A DNA stretch of 64,000 nucleotides from IMG/VR virus record IMGVR_UViG_3300011008_000010, positions 73,796 to 137,795 of that record; one strand, 5' to 3'. Below, in pieces: positions 20,901 through 30,250 of the stretch. A model generated the notes under the pieces. It was not told the origin of the DNA, did not search any database, and saw only the letters and a program-made list of their open reading frames with translations. Source of the stretch: a virus. Lineage: Duplodnaviria > Caudoviricetes. Every line of letters starts with the position of its first letter. Position 1 is the stretch's first letter. Both the position numbers and the translations under genes were made by a program.

Positions 20901-22849
20901 AAACATCTGGAGCTGTTACTGGATGGACTGGCAATCAAGGCACAAGACAATCTGGAGAAGCAATTGCCGCAGATGGTGATTATAATTCTAATATGATCTG
21001 GTATGATCCGCAGGATAGCAGTAAAACTGTGAGATCTGAGTTGGATTTTAAGGCGTATGATGATCAGGTTTGGCATAGAGCCGATCCTTCTTTAACATGG
21101 AAAAATGCGCCGAACTATTCTGCTGGGAACATTACAAATACGACCGATACCGAAATAGATAATCCAGCGTATATGGGCGTTATCAAACTTGGGAACATTG
21201 CTCTGATTGCGAATTCATATTCGGCTGGTTTGTCTACTCCAACTAATTTATTCCCGTATAAAACAAAAATATATACTTCGAGATACAGATCTTATGAACA
21301 AGGTGCTCAATGGACATGGAAATGGACGACACCAATAAGACTGTTGGACACAGAGGATTTTGAATCACCGGCTTTTACCGGAGCACCAACCATTAATGGA
21401 AGTCGGATTGCAGTGGAATCTGTTGCAGGAGATAATTTAGGCCTTGTTAAAAATGGTGGCAACATTCTTATTGATTCAGAAGGAAAAATGAATTATTCAT
21501 TGCCAATTGCTACCTCTTCTATTTTGGGTGGAATAAAGGTTGGAAACGGTTTATCTATTTCTTCCGACGGAACATTATCAATATCTGGTGCTGTAACAAG
21601 TTTTAATGGAAGAACCGGAAATATCGTTTCTGTTGACGGTGATTATAGTGCTACGCAAGTAACATATAATACGACAAAAAGCGTCAAGGATAAGTTTGAT
21701 GAGATAGATTCTGGTTTAGAATCGTTTTCAGATGGATCTGGCTTGCCAATGGCATCTGAAACACAAATAGGTGTGGTTAAGATTGGTGAAGGTATAAATA
21801 TCGATTCTGACGGGAAAATATCAATATCGGGATCAGTGACGACGTTCAATACTCGCACAGGGGACATCGTTCCTCAATACGGCGATTATGATGCATCATT
21901 GATAGAATATGGAACCAATAGTAACGTTAAAGATGAGTTAGATGGTATTTTAGATGGAACAAGGCTCCCAATAGCAGGACTTTCCAAGCTTGGAGCCGTC
22001 AAGTTAAATTCAGAAAGCTCTGTGACGATTGATGCAAATGGTAATATAGATGCCTTTGGTAAAAGAGCAAATTTATCTGTTTCTTCTTTGGATGACATAC
22101 CTATAAACTCTGCTGGATTTGTTACTTATACTGGTTCTTCTCCAAGTTCTAAAACTGGTGCCTATATATGTTTGGCCATAAAAGGAACAAACCTAAATAG
22201 AGCTGTATATATTATAGAAGAAAATGAAAGAGGTATGTTGTTTTGGGGAAATACTACTCGCAAAACCCAAAGGATTTATGTATCATATGGACAAGAACAC
22301 ACATCATCGATTAGTTGGTGCGATTGGATTGCTGTCGATAATTATGTACTTGATATATCTTCAGCAAAAACATATAGTCTCAATTCAACGATAAGTTCTT
22401 ATTATAAAACCACATATAATAGTTCCACATTTGAATGGACTGATTGGAATGGTGTGTCTTTAGACAACACGAATGGTGTAATCAGAACTTCTTTAGATGG
22501 AGAAGATGTAGTCGCATCATATTTCAATGTCTCATATGGCAGAGATATGATCGGGGTAGCAAACAATTATAAAACAGCATATTCAAGATTTCCACTTACA
22601 ATTGCTGCGTTTGGCAAAATCGGAACAGGGTCTCATGCGACAGATTTTAGATATGATGAAATATTAGATGGGTTGTATTATAACAGAGGGACGACGAACC
22701 ATCGAACAGAGAGATGGATCAAACTCCTCGATTCCGAGAATTACACAGACTATATTGGTGATACTTCAAACCTTTACAACACAGAAAATTACACAACAAC
22801 AGAAATAGACGACGCAATCCAGGCAACATTAAATGAGTTGGCCGCGTAA
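17972..22849 (+). CDS. Large repetitive tail fibre protein (1625 aa)
   Basis: Repeated LPIAT..LGGxKVGxGLxI..DGxLS, VTSFNGRxG..GDY and SPxFTGxPT fibre motifs. Confidence 0.8.
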   Translation: MAKVGKVQQKRWHLDGGIEVTSIQEDGDQKPSIYLGNYNVDNSPSLALVAYTGSYYDLVDYPDLSNFVVDGNYVHTDNNFTDEDKAKLGNMFNYTLPIATEKLLGGVKVGDHLEMRKDPKDDSNNPIKDRLSVIESDFIQVLNPKSIVTKFSDIPLDAAGQLGISPIYAPIETDKDVNGYYIRYNNMAFFSQDPQTDTKTLNGKTIKIEQEYLLKGGLWWTTKNAGQWIKVLDQFNIISFNDRVGKVYPVGMDDYLNESEDYDANMVGAMARSGHPGVWTVIKDEGRIVRQFWNGQTIDSLRTTDSGWARIGCLKWDSENKRFKPDPVNSPTGGIINGTFWKLDGLPTLPTYCANPYYPDTYRGNGKGSFFFMPDDQDRIWVKRGKNWEDNGWFYLEQLPIATRTRLGGIMVGAGLDITETGVLSVSGIVTSWTGKQGARRVNEVVAMNGDYDATMITFGSEWSNTANVDYELKRLLSLINTKAPINSPAFSGRPTTPTPGPNDNGTQIVNIAWVRNHVATELQNVVGYTLPVATTSTLGGIIVGNGLSINASGVLSVNLPSGSGNVVVDTSPNTSSQNPIANSAITQYVNNVDNKFDDYVLKLNGTAQNLTLTGNAKYVTLAKGTSNDYLATTKFVMEAIDEKISIINDGSGGSSVVINQYTLPPASASTRGGVRVNGDGIILKNTDQITVDVDYLNNGKLKYIRSEENLNIGTLNSIPMNSSGVTKLSAAYGPTSKDMTGYYLKYNAGNNVSSYILWFCDFETNDSYYFVHKSDNEYAWNKTFSVEGSSNFEDFDITKYAKLDSPSFTGTPTIISDYLNDPGYNGSGIATATFVQTAISYRLGQQDKASESKYGIVRIKPNGGIKVDNGVIEMDGVVSFNGRNGDVVPGSDDYNSTQIKYSGNVSGSTVKAAIDNLWSTKAASNNTKLTGVATLNNIPIATQSWVQAWQPIASTSSLGMIKIGNGLEIESDGTLKTSGAVTGWTGNQGTRQSGEAIAADGDYNSNMIWYDPQDSSKTVRSELDFKAYDDQVWHRADPSLTWKNAPNYSAGNITNTTDTEIDNPAYMGVIKLGNIALIANSYSAGLSTPTNLFPYKTKIYTSRYRSYEQGAQWTWKWTTPIRLLDTEDFESPAFTGAPTINGSRIAVESVAGDNLGLVKNGGNILIDSEGKMNYSLPIATSSILGGIKVGNGLSISSDGTLSISGAVTSFNGRTGNIVSVDGDYSATQVTYNTTKSVKDKFDEIDSGLESFSDGSGLPMASETQIGVVKIGEGINIDSDGKISISGSVTTFNTRTGDIVPQYGDYDASLIEYGTNSNVKDELDGILDGTRLPIAGLSKLGAVKLNSESSVTIDANGNIDAFGKRANLSVSSLDDIPINSAGFVTYTGSSPSSKTGAYICLAIKGTNLNRAVYIIEENERGMLFWGNTTRKTQRIYVSYGQEHTSSISWCDWIAVDNYVLDISSAKTYSLNSTISSYYKTTYNSSTFEWTDWNGVSLDNTNGVIRTSLDGEDVVASYFNVSYGRDMIGVANNYKTAYSRFPLTIAAFGKIGTGSHATDFRYDEILDGLYYNRGTTNHRTERWIKLLDSENYTDYIGDTSNLYNTENYTTTEIDDAIQATLNELAA

Positions 22850-22869
22850 CGGAAAGGATTTAATAATTT

Positions 22870-24597
22870 ATGGCAGATAATAATAAGGCTACAAGCCTGG
22901 ATAATGTAAAACAATATGTTAAAGGTGTTCTTCAAGGGTGGATTCCAAACAAGTCCACCCTTGATGCGTTGTCTACTGGAACAAATGGGGATTTGTTATA
23001 TAATGGTCAGCCCATTGGTTCCGGAGATCCTATAACTGTGGATGCTGTCCTTAGTTCTGTTTCTGAAAATCCTGTTCAGAACAAAGTAATCTATGATGCT
23101 TTGCAAAATATAAGCGGCAGCGGAACTATTATAAGCGTCGATACTGTTTTAAGCGATACAAGCGAAAATCCGGTGCAAAATAAAGTAATTAAGTCTGCAT
23201 TGGATAATAAGGCAAATGCAAGTGACATACCTGATGTAAGCGGATTTGTAACTCAGTCGGCATTGACAGCGAAACAAGATGTATTAACATTTGACTCCTT
23301 TCCTACCGCGAATAGTATAAATCCAGTAACAAGCGGAGGTGTGTATACCGCAATACAAAATATTCCAATTGCTACGCCGATTACTGTTGATACAACGCTT
23401 AATGCAACATCGGAAAATCCGGTGCAAAATAAAGCAATATATTCGGCCTTGCAAAATATTAGCGGCGGGACGCCTGCCATAGTAGACGCCGTGTTAGATT
23501 TAACGTCTGAAAATCCTGTCCAAAATAAAGTGATCAAAGAGGCGTTAGATAAGAAGGCGGATATATCTTCTATCCCAGATGTAAGTGGATTTGCTTTAAC
23601 AAGCGACATACCCGATATTTCCGGGAAACAAGATAAATTGACGTTTGATTTGACTCCTACCAAGAATAGTTCTAACCCAGTAACAAGTGACGGGATATAT
23701 AATGCCTTGCAAAATGCGGGAACCGGAATCGGATGTGATGATACTCCTATGTCACAAATCAATCAAATGTTAATAGATATTTTTGGTGATGATAACCAGT
23801 CCGGGGTTAAAATTGTTTCGTTTGCAAGTGGGACAGATCAGGAACTTGCGGATATGCTCGCAGCTCATTATGCAGGCGACATTGACATTCATGATTATTG
23901 GTCTGTTGGTGATACAAGAACGGTTTCGTTGTCGGCTATGGACGCTACTTATGTAGGAGAGAGCCATGCTTCTCAAAGTGTAGAGATCGTGCTTGTTAAT
24001 TCGGGCGGATATATGACGAGCGATAATAAGGAGTGTGCGTTTGTTTGGCAACAAAAAGATGGACTCGCGGAACCCGGATATATGAATCCTACTGCTACAA
24101 ATAGTGGTAGTTGGACCGGTTCCGCAAGAAAAGCATGGTGTTCTTCTGTTTACAAAGAAGCTTTGCCGACAGGATTCAAAGATCTGTTAAAAGAATGTAC
24201 AGTAAAAACCGCAGAGCCAAACCAAACAGGCGTTCTATATGATGAAACGCAAGAAGATATTTTCCTTGCGTCAATGACAGAAATAAATGGAACGATTATT
24301 GATTCTACGACCAATAACAATCTAACATGGCCAGATGGATACGAAGGAAACCAATGGGACTATTATAAGACAGAGACAAACAGGCATAATAAAAAGATGG
24401 GGACGATTGCCAGCGATACCAGTACGAGACTTTTCTATTGGTTGAGGTCTCCAGACAGGGCAAGTGGCACTTCGTTTATGAGAAACCCGTCATGGACAAA
24501 TCCAACAAGACCAAAGGGAAGCCAAGCGGATTCTGCTTCTGTTACTACTACTGCTTATACATACTACTATATGATAGTCCCATGCGGATTTATTTAA
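22870..24597 (+). CDS. Fibre protein with SENPVQNK repeats and a C-terminal WLRSP (DUF6273-like) domain
   Basis: Four VDxxLxxxSENPVQNK repeats, two NPVTSxG repeats, and YWLRSP near the C-terminus. Confidence 0.7.
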   Translation: MADNNKATSLDNVKQYVKGVLQGWIPNKSTLDALSTGTNGDLLYNGQPIGSGDPITVDAVLSSVSENPVQNKVIYDALQNISGSGTIISVDTVLSDTSENPVQNKVIKSALDNKANASDIPDVSGFVTQSALTAKQDVLTFDSFPTANSINPVTSGGVYTAIQNIPIATPITVDTTLNATSENPVQNKAIYSALQNISGGTPAIVDAVLDLTSENPVQNKVIKEALDKKADISSIPDVSGFALTSDIPDISGKQDKLTFDLTPTKNSSNPVTSDGIYNALQNAGTGIGCDDTPMSQINQMLIDIFGDDNQSGVKIVSFASGTDQELADMLAAHYAGDIDIHDYWSVGDTRTVSLSAMDATYVGESHASQSVEIVLVNSGGYMTSDNKECAFVWQQKDGLAEPGYMNPTATNSGSWTGSARKAWCSSVYKEALPTGFKDLLKECTVKTAEPNQTGVLYDETQEDIFLASMTEINGTIIDSTTNNNLTWPDGYEGNQWDYYKTETNRHNKKMGTIASDTSTRLFYWLRSPDRASGTSFMRNPSWTNPTRPKGSQADSASVTTTAYTYYYMIVPCGFI

Positions 24598-24609
24598 GAG
24601 GAATAAATT

Positions 24610-24789
24610 ATGAGCCATATAACTCCCGAAGAACTCGACAAGAGTTTGAGACGAGTAAAGCGGTATATAGATGAAAATGGAACCTATATATCTTCGGAAC
24701 CAGATGAAGATATCACGGCTATGATTAATGAGGTGTTTGGGTTTTCGAGCAGCTCAAATGGTTCGGGTGGTTCTAATGGGCAAGAATAA
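24610..24789 (+). CDS. 59-aa protein not in the ORF track; putative fibre adaptor
   Basis: GAGGA RBS; MSHITPEELDKSLRRVKRYID...DEDITAMINEVFG; fills the gap between neighbouring genes. Confidence 0.65.
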   Translation: MSHITPEELDKSLRRVKRYIDENGTYISSEPDEDITAMINEVFGFSSSSNGSGGSNGQE

Positions 24790-24809
24790 CGATATAGAGG
24801 TGATTAATA

Positions 24810-25979
24810 ATGTCTATAATATACTTAGACAACGCAGCTACAACTCAAACATCACGGTATGTTTTTGAGCAAATGATGCCGTATTTAAAAGATCAATATG
24901 GAAATCCAAGTTCTAATTATTCGTTAGGATTAAAAGCGCGAAAAGCAAAAGAAGCAGCCCGTGAAAAGGTTGCTTCCTTAATTAATGCAGAGCCGGAAGA
25001 AATATTTTTTACTTCCGGAGCAACAGAGGCAAATAATTGGATGCTCCATTCTGTATTAGATGAATTTCGTGACATTGGGAGCATAATGATTTCCAATATT
25101 GAACACGCTTCCATTTGGAGATCTCTCGAATATGCGACAAAAGACAGGTATCAAATTGTTCGTTGTTCTGGAACTGGAGAGATACATCCTTTTGCACTGG
25201 AAAGAAGATTCAGATCAAATAAAAAAAGGATTACTTTATTGTCAATTATGATGGTAAATAATGAAACCGGAGTAATCAATGATATTAAAAGTCTTGCAAA
25301 AGAAAGCCACTATATGTATGTACCTTTTCATACGGATGCTACACAGGCGCTTGGTCATATAAAAATAGATGTAAAGGATTTATGTGTGGATGCATTGTCC
25401 GGAAGCGCACATAAAATATATGGGCCTAAAGGAGTAGGGTTTTTGTATATAAGAAAAAGATCTACCTTATATGACATTGCTCATAGACACCCTTATATTA
25501 TTGGTGGACATCAAGAGTCTGGATTGAGAGGCGGAACAGAAAACCTTGCAGGAATCGTTGGACTTGGAGCAGCATGCGAAGAAACAAAGATTTATCTCGG
25601 AGACAAGGATAAGGAATTCGGGCTTAAAAAAATGTCAAACAATATGTTGGATGTTTTAAAAAAGGAAGTTATTGCGCAGCTTAATAATGATGAAATTGTA
25701 CGATCTGTGCCTACTTTGAGCGTGAGAATACCTGGCGTCAAGAACCATGAGTTAATTCAGCTTCTCGATGAGGAAAACGTGTGTGTTTCAGCGGGATCTG
25801 CATGTAATGAAAATCAAACAAAACCGTCACATGTATTGAGTTCTATGGGGATAAAAGAGAATGAAATAAACGAAACAATCAGGATTTCTATAGGGAGAAA
25901 CAATACGGAATCAGAGATTAAAACGGCTAGTGAAATAATCATAGATAAAGTTAAGACGTTGAAAACATTCAACGATTGA
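24810..25979 (+). CDS. iscS: Cysteine desulfurase, IscS/NifS family
   Basis: IYLDNAATT, GNPSS, FTSGATEANN, HTDATQ, SAHKIYGPKGVG (PLP Lys), RGGTEN and SAGSAC (catalytic Cys). Confidence 0.93.
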   Translation: MSIIYLDNAATTQTSRYVFEQMMPYLKDQYGNPSSNYSLGLKARKAKEAAREKVASLINAEPEEIFFTSGATEANNWMLHSVLDEFRDIGSIMISNIEHASIWRSLEYATKDRYQIVRCSGTGEIHPFALERRFRSNKKRITLLSIMMVNNETGVINDIKSLAKESHYMYVPFHTDATQALGHIKIDVKDLCVDALSGSAHKIYGPKGVGFLYIRKRSTLYDIAHRHPYIIGGHQESGLRGGTENLAGIVGLGAACEETKIYLGDKDKEFGLKKMSNNMLDVLKKEVIAQLNNDEIVRSVPTLSVRIPGVKNHELIQLLDEENVCVSAGSACNENQTKPSHVLSSMGIKENEINETIRISIGRNNTESEIKTASEIIIDKVKTLKTFND

Positions 25980-25988
25980 GGTATCGGC

Positions 25989-27107
25989 ATGAATAGAATA
26001 CCTATTATTATACAAGGTGGGGGCGTTATAAATCAAAGCAGCGATGATTCAACTGTTTTATATAGTCTGAAGTATGACGCGTCCACCAACGAGCTTATTT
26101 TGGAGAAAGATGGAGTAGAGGATAATAGAATTAATATTACTCCCGATAACGGAAATCTTAAATTAATTCTTGTTACCGCCCTTCCGACGGAAAATATTCG
26201 GGAAGATGCTATTTATCTTATTGAAGATAATTCTGAAGAAGACAATATTTATTCCGAATATATTTATGTTAATGGTAACTGGGAACGTTTTGGCAGTGCA
26301 AATATTGATGTGTCCGGGATCTCTTCTGAATTAGAAGATGATTTAAATGTTTCAAAAGATGTTGGAGGCGTTATTTCTGGTACGAATTATCCAAAGGGGA
26401 CGACACTTGAAGAAATTTTAAGAGACGTGTTAAATCCGCTTGAAAATCCCAGACTCACTGCGCCAAGTGCCACTCTTAGCATCCAAGACGGAACGTTGTT
26501 TGAAAAAGGAACTACTGCAAATATCACGATAAACATTTCGTTTAACAGAGGATCTATTTCTCCTTCATATGGAACAAGTGGGTATAGATCCGGAGAGGCT
26601 GTTTCGTATGCTTTGAATAATGGAGCGGAACAAACTAATTCGACATTCTCGACAAATGTATCTGAAACCAATAATACATTTGTTGGTACAGTAAAATATA
26701 ATGAAGGTGAACAGCCTAAGAATAGTGCCGGAGAAAATTATGATAACGCCTTGCAGGCAGGGCAAATTTCAACAAATACTGTAACATGTGAATTTGTTGA
26801 TCCAATTTGGTCAAATGCAGCAGATATTACTGCCATTACGAAAGAAACATTAGTAAGCAAGTCTGCAAAGTCAAAAATATTTGAGTTCCCCGCACAGACA
26901 TTGAGTGACGTGGAAACATTTGATATTTCTGTTGATTGGGAGGTGACAGACATTCAAGTACTTAACCAGTTAAGTAACAAATACGAAGATTGTGCCTCAG
27001 AATTTACAGTATCGGATGTAACGCATGGTTCTACTCAGTATAAGAGATATTCTGATAATCGTGGATATGAGGCTGGTCCACGAACAATAAAGGTTTTATG
27101 GAAGTAA
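25989..27107 (+). CDS. Phage fibre/structural accessory protein
   Basis: LPT..I..D.IYL...N.YSEY.YV.G.WE.FG module shared with the next two ORFs. Confidence 0.65.
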   Translation: MNRIPIIIQGGGVINQSSDDSTVLYSLKYDASTNELILEKDGVEDNRINITPDNGNLKLILVTALPTENIREDAIYLIEDNSEEDNIYSEYIYVNGNWERFGSANIDVSGISSELEDDLNVSKDVGGVISGTNYPKGTTLEEILRDVLNPLENPRLTAPSATLSIQDGTLFEKGTTANITINISFNRGSISPSYGTSGYRSGEAVSYALNNGAEQTNSTFSTNVSETNNTFVGTVKYNEGEQPKNSAGENYDNALQAGQISTNTVTCEFVDPIWSNAADITAITKETLVSKSAKSKIFEFPAQTLSDVETFDISVDWEVTDIQVLNQLSNKYEDCASEFTVSDVTHGSTQYKRYSDNRGYEAGPRTIKVLWK

Positions 27108-27120
27108 GGAGGGGCTTGTA

Positions 27121-28002
27121 ATGGGCAGAAGAACAGGGACGTTGAATTTAACGTCCAATATAGAAGCCGTGGTTTCAGCACCTCTTGACGCAAGACTGGT
27201 TGTTGAAAACAAAGAGGAATTATTAGATGCGTCATCTTATCCATATAAATATATTGGAATGATTGTATCTGTTAAAGATGAAGGGGCAGCGTACATTCTA
27301 ATAAATGCAGATACGACAGATGCGGAATCTTGGAAAAAGATTACAACTGGAACAGATGGCGTATATGACTATTTGTTCTCTTGGGATCTTACTACGAAAG
27401 AATTGATTTTAAATGAAGGAGAGCCGGACGAGCAGAGATTACGACTTTCAGGATTATCTTCTGCTCAAGACCTTATTTCTGGGTTAGATGAAAAAGTAGA
27501 TAAAGTTGATGGAAAAGGACTTAGCCCCGAAGAATATACAACTGAGGAGAAAACGCTTCTTGCATCGTTGGCGGTAATCAAGAGTATTGGAAACGGATTG
27601 TTACTTGATTCCAACGGAAATTTAATGGCAATAAATAATATTGATTTATCTGATTATTACACAAGATCGGAAACAGATAGTATTATTTCAAACATCAACA
27701 GCCTTGATTTGGTAACGGTTGCCGCTCTTCCAACATCCGACATCAGAACAGATTGTATTTATCTTTTGAATGATTCGACAGATGAAGGCAATTTATATTC
27801 CGAATATGTCTATGTCAATGGTGATTGGGAGAAATTTGGCACAGCATCGGTGGATTTATCAGATTATTATACAAAAAGTGAAGTGGATACTGCGATTGCG
27901 TCTTCTTCGTCTTCTGTTGATGCTGCGTCTGATGATGATGTGCAAGATATTATCGATGATATATTTGGTGGCGGATCGGGCGTGGATCCGGAGGAACCTT
28001 GA
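27121..28002 (+). CDS. Phage fibre accessory protein
   Basis: PLDARLVV...YxGMxVxV motif, KVDKVDGKGLS and DLSDYYT motifs. Confidence 0.7.
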   Translation: MGRRTGTLNLTSNIEAVVSAPLDARLVVENKEELLDASSYPYKYIGMIVSVKDEGAAYILINADTTDAESWKKITTGTDGVYDYLFSWDLTTKELILNEGEPDEQRLRLSGLSSAQDLISGLDEKVDKVDGKGLSPEEYTTEEKTLLASLAVIKSIGNGLLLDSNGNLMAINNIDLSDYYTRSETDSIISNINSLDLVTVAALPTSDIRTDCIYLLNDSTDEGNLYSEYVYVNGDWEKFGTASVDLSDYYTKSEVDTAIASSSSSVDAASDDDVQDIIDDIFGGGSGVDPEEP

Positions 28003-28052
28003 CGCTTCTCACGGTTAAAACCGTTGGTTTTCTCGCCCGCATGATTCATAAA
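27999..28052 (-). mobile_element. Short IS200/IS605-type hairpin end scar; supplies the TGA stop of the upstream gene
   Basis: Minus strand reads tttatgaatcatgcgggcgagaaaaccaacggttttaaccgtgagaagcgtcaa. Confidence 0.55.
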
Positions 28053-28108
28053 TAAATAAAGAAAGTAAGAATTGGCCGTAAGGTCTTTTTCAATGAGGTA
28101 AAACTAAT

Positions 28109-29311
28109 ATGGCCAACAAATTAGAATGGTACGGCGGTAACGGTGTCGTATCTATAGAGAAAATAAGGGAAGAAATAGAGAGACAAATTGCATATATAGC
28201 ATTTGACCTTTCTGAATATGCAAAAAAAGAAGATGTTCCACAGAATATCAGTGATCTAAATAATGATTCCGGGTATCAAACTGCCGCCGAAGTTGATTCT
28301 GCCATTGATGCAAAACTTTCTGGATATCAGCCTGTTGTTACAATTGATGATACATTGTCTGATACGTCAGAAAATCCCGTACAAAATAAGGCTATTAAAG
28401 CCGCGTTGGATAGTATTTCGTTAAGTGGAGTCATTGTAGATTCTGTTATATCTGCCGATAGCGAAAACCCGGTACAAAACAAGATTATTGCAGGAGCTCT
28501 CGATGATAAACAGGACAAATTGACGGCTGGAGATAGCATCAGCATTGAAAAGAATGCTGGGGGAGATACTGTAATTTCTTATACTGGAGAAATAGGTGGA
28601 ATTACGGAAGATCAAGCGAGGCAAATTGCAGCAGAACAAGCTGCTGAAAAAATTGCAGAAGGTAATTTTGCTAAAGTAGATGATATTCCGACAAACATTA
28701 GTGACTTAAATGATGACGTAGGCTATGCCAAAACATCTGATATTCCGGACGAATATGATGATACTCAGATTAAAGCGGACATTGGAAAGGTTCAAGAGGA
28801 TCTTGCGAACTATTATCTGAAGAATGAAACGTATTCAAAGGACGAGATAGACAACATTGTCGCGAATATTAACAGTTTGGATATTGTTGCCGTTACTACT
28901 CTTCCTACGCAGAATATTCGTAGCGACTGTATTTATCTCGTAAAGGATTCGCTTGTAGAAAACAATCTGTATAGTGAGTGGATTTATATTGATGATAAAT
29001 GGGAAAAGTTTGGATCTGCTTTTATTGATACAAGCAATCTTGTAACAAAAGAAGACATTGAAACGGCGCTCGAAGATTATCCCACAAAAGACGAAATGGA
29101 CATATCCATTAGTGAGGCTGTTGGTGAAAAGGTTGGTTATACATGGACATGGAGCGCTTCCGAAAGACAGATGGAAGTTAAAGACGACATTCTTGGTGAA
29201 GTTCAGACTATCCCTATGAAGGAAATCGCTTTGCTTTCAGACCTTGAAGGTCTATCAGATAACGAGGCGGTTGAAACAACAGCGGCAGAAGTGGCCGCTT
29301 TGTTTGCGTAA
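28109..29311 (+). CDS. Phage fibre protein
   Basis: PxNISDLNND repeats, two SENPVQNK repeats and the LPT/IYL/WEKFG module. Confidence 0.7.
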   Translation: MANKLEWYGGNGVVSIEKIREEIERQIAYIAFDLSEYAKKEDVPQNISDLNNDSGYQTAAEVDSAIDAKLSGYQPVVTIDDTLSDTSENPVQNKAIKAALDSISLSGVIVDSVISADSENPVQNKIIAGALDDKQDKLTAGDSISIEKNAGGDTVISYTGEIGGITEDQARQIAAEQAAEKIAEGNFAKVDDIPTNISDLNDDVGYAKTSDIPDEYDDTQIKADIGKVQEDLANYYLKNETYSKDEIDNIVANINSLDIVAVTTLPTQNIRSDCIYLVKDSLVENNLYSEWIYIDDKWEKFGSAFIDTSNLVTKEDIETALEDYPTKDEMDISISEAVGEKVGYTWTWSASERQMEVKDDILGEVQTIPMKEIALLSDLEGLSDNEAVETTAAEVAALFA

Positions 29312-29323
29312 TGGAGGTGAAAC

Positions 29324-30055
29324 ATGGCTGAAGGCGCAACAATTAAAGGTCGTGCTGATTACTCTAATTACGCGACAAAGACAGAACAGAAGGTAATTGC
29401 AGATCAAGTAAGCGCAGTTGTAAATGAAGTGAAGAATCTGCTTCCTAAGAGCAAGGAACATCCGGTAGCATCGGCACAGTATTATTCTGTGACGACTTCA
29501 AATGACGGATGGATGTATGAAAGCGGAGCAGCCAATCGGAACGGAATAGATACGGCAAACTGTGTGGTTAATCTTAAAGCCGGTAAGTATATTTTATCTT
29601 ATTGGGCAGAGAATGAACCGGCTGATCCATATTTTGTATGCAGCATGAGTTATCTGGATAATGGTGAAGGGAAATTCTTCTTCAGAGAAACAAGCCCATT
29701 ATCTGAAGACCCTGATATATATATGGTATCTTTCTATGAATGGGAAGTAGATGTCCCGGAAGACAGAACGGTATATGTGTATTATCAGTTGGGCGGTGGA
29801 TTTAGGTACAGAGCAATGTTGCGTCACGAATCTTTTACGGATAATACGTGGGCACCATATCAAATGGCAACAGAATCGAATGTAACTGAAGAAGTTGCGG
29901 AATATACACCACAGACGGATACAAGCGATGCTGTTTCCGGAACTCTTCCTGCGCCGTCTTCTAAAGTATTATCTTTCTTTGGGTCTGATGGTAAATGGTA
30001 TACGGTTGAGGAACTTTGTACTTTAATCACCGGATCAGATCCTGACGAACCATAA
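29324..30055 (+). CDS. Phage fibre-associated protein
   Basis: GGAGG RBS; C-terminal SDGKWYT is shared with 30251-31135. Confidence 0.65.
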   Translation: MAEGATIKGRADYSNYATKTEQKVIADQVSAVVNEVKNLLPKSKEHPVASAQYYSVTTSNDGWMYESGAANRNGIDTANCVVNLKAGKYILSYWAENEPADPYFVCSMSYLDNGEGKFFFRETSPLSEDPDIYMVSFYEWEVDVPEDRTVYVYYQLGGGFRYRAMLRHESFTDNTWAPYQMATESNVTEEVAEYTPQTDTSDAVSGTLPAPSSKVLSFFGSDGKWYTVEELCTLITGSDPDEP

Positions 30056-30068
30056 GGAGGATTAAAGC

Positions 30069-30239
30069 ATGAAAATTGTAGAGGGCTTTGATCCGAGAGA
30101 GAAGTTGCAGGATGGCAAGATAGTTATTGTTCATAACAGGAAGATTCGGTTTACAGGTGGCGATTTATATCCTTCTGATGATCTGTATCCTGCCGAAGAT
30201 TTGTATCCTAGCGATACGAAAAATCCTAACAATAATTAA
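30069..30239 (+). CDS. 56-aa protein with a (DLYPxx)x3 repeat, not in the ORF track
   Basis: AAGGAGG RBS; ...GDLYPSDDLYPAEDLYPSD... Confidence 0.7.
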   Translation: MKIVEGFDPREKLQDGKIVIVHNRKIRFTGGDLYPSDDLYPAEDLYPSDTKNPNNN

Positions 30240-30250
30240 AGGAATATATT

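Noticed and set aside
24430-24597. Second VR for the resident TR in the WLRSP gene
   Set aside because: No nucleotide similarity to TR 37558-37666 by eye.
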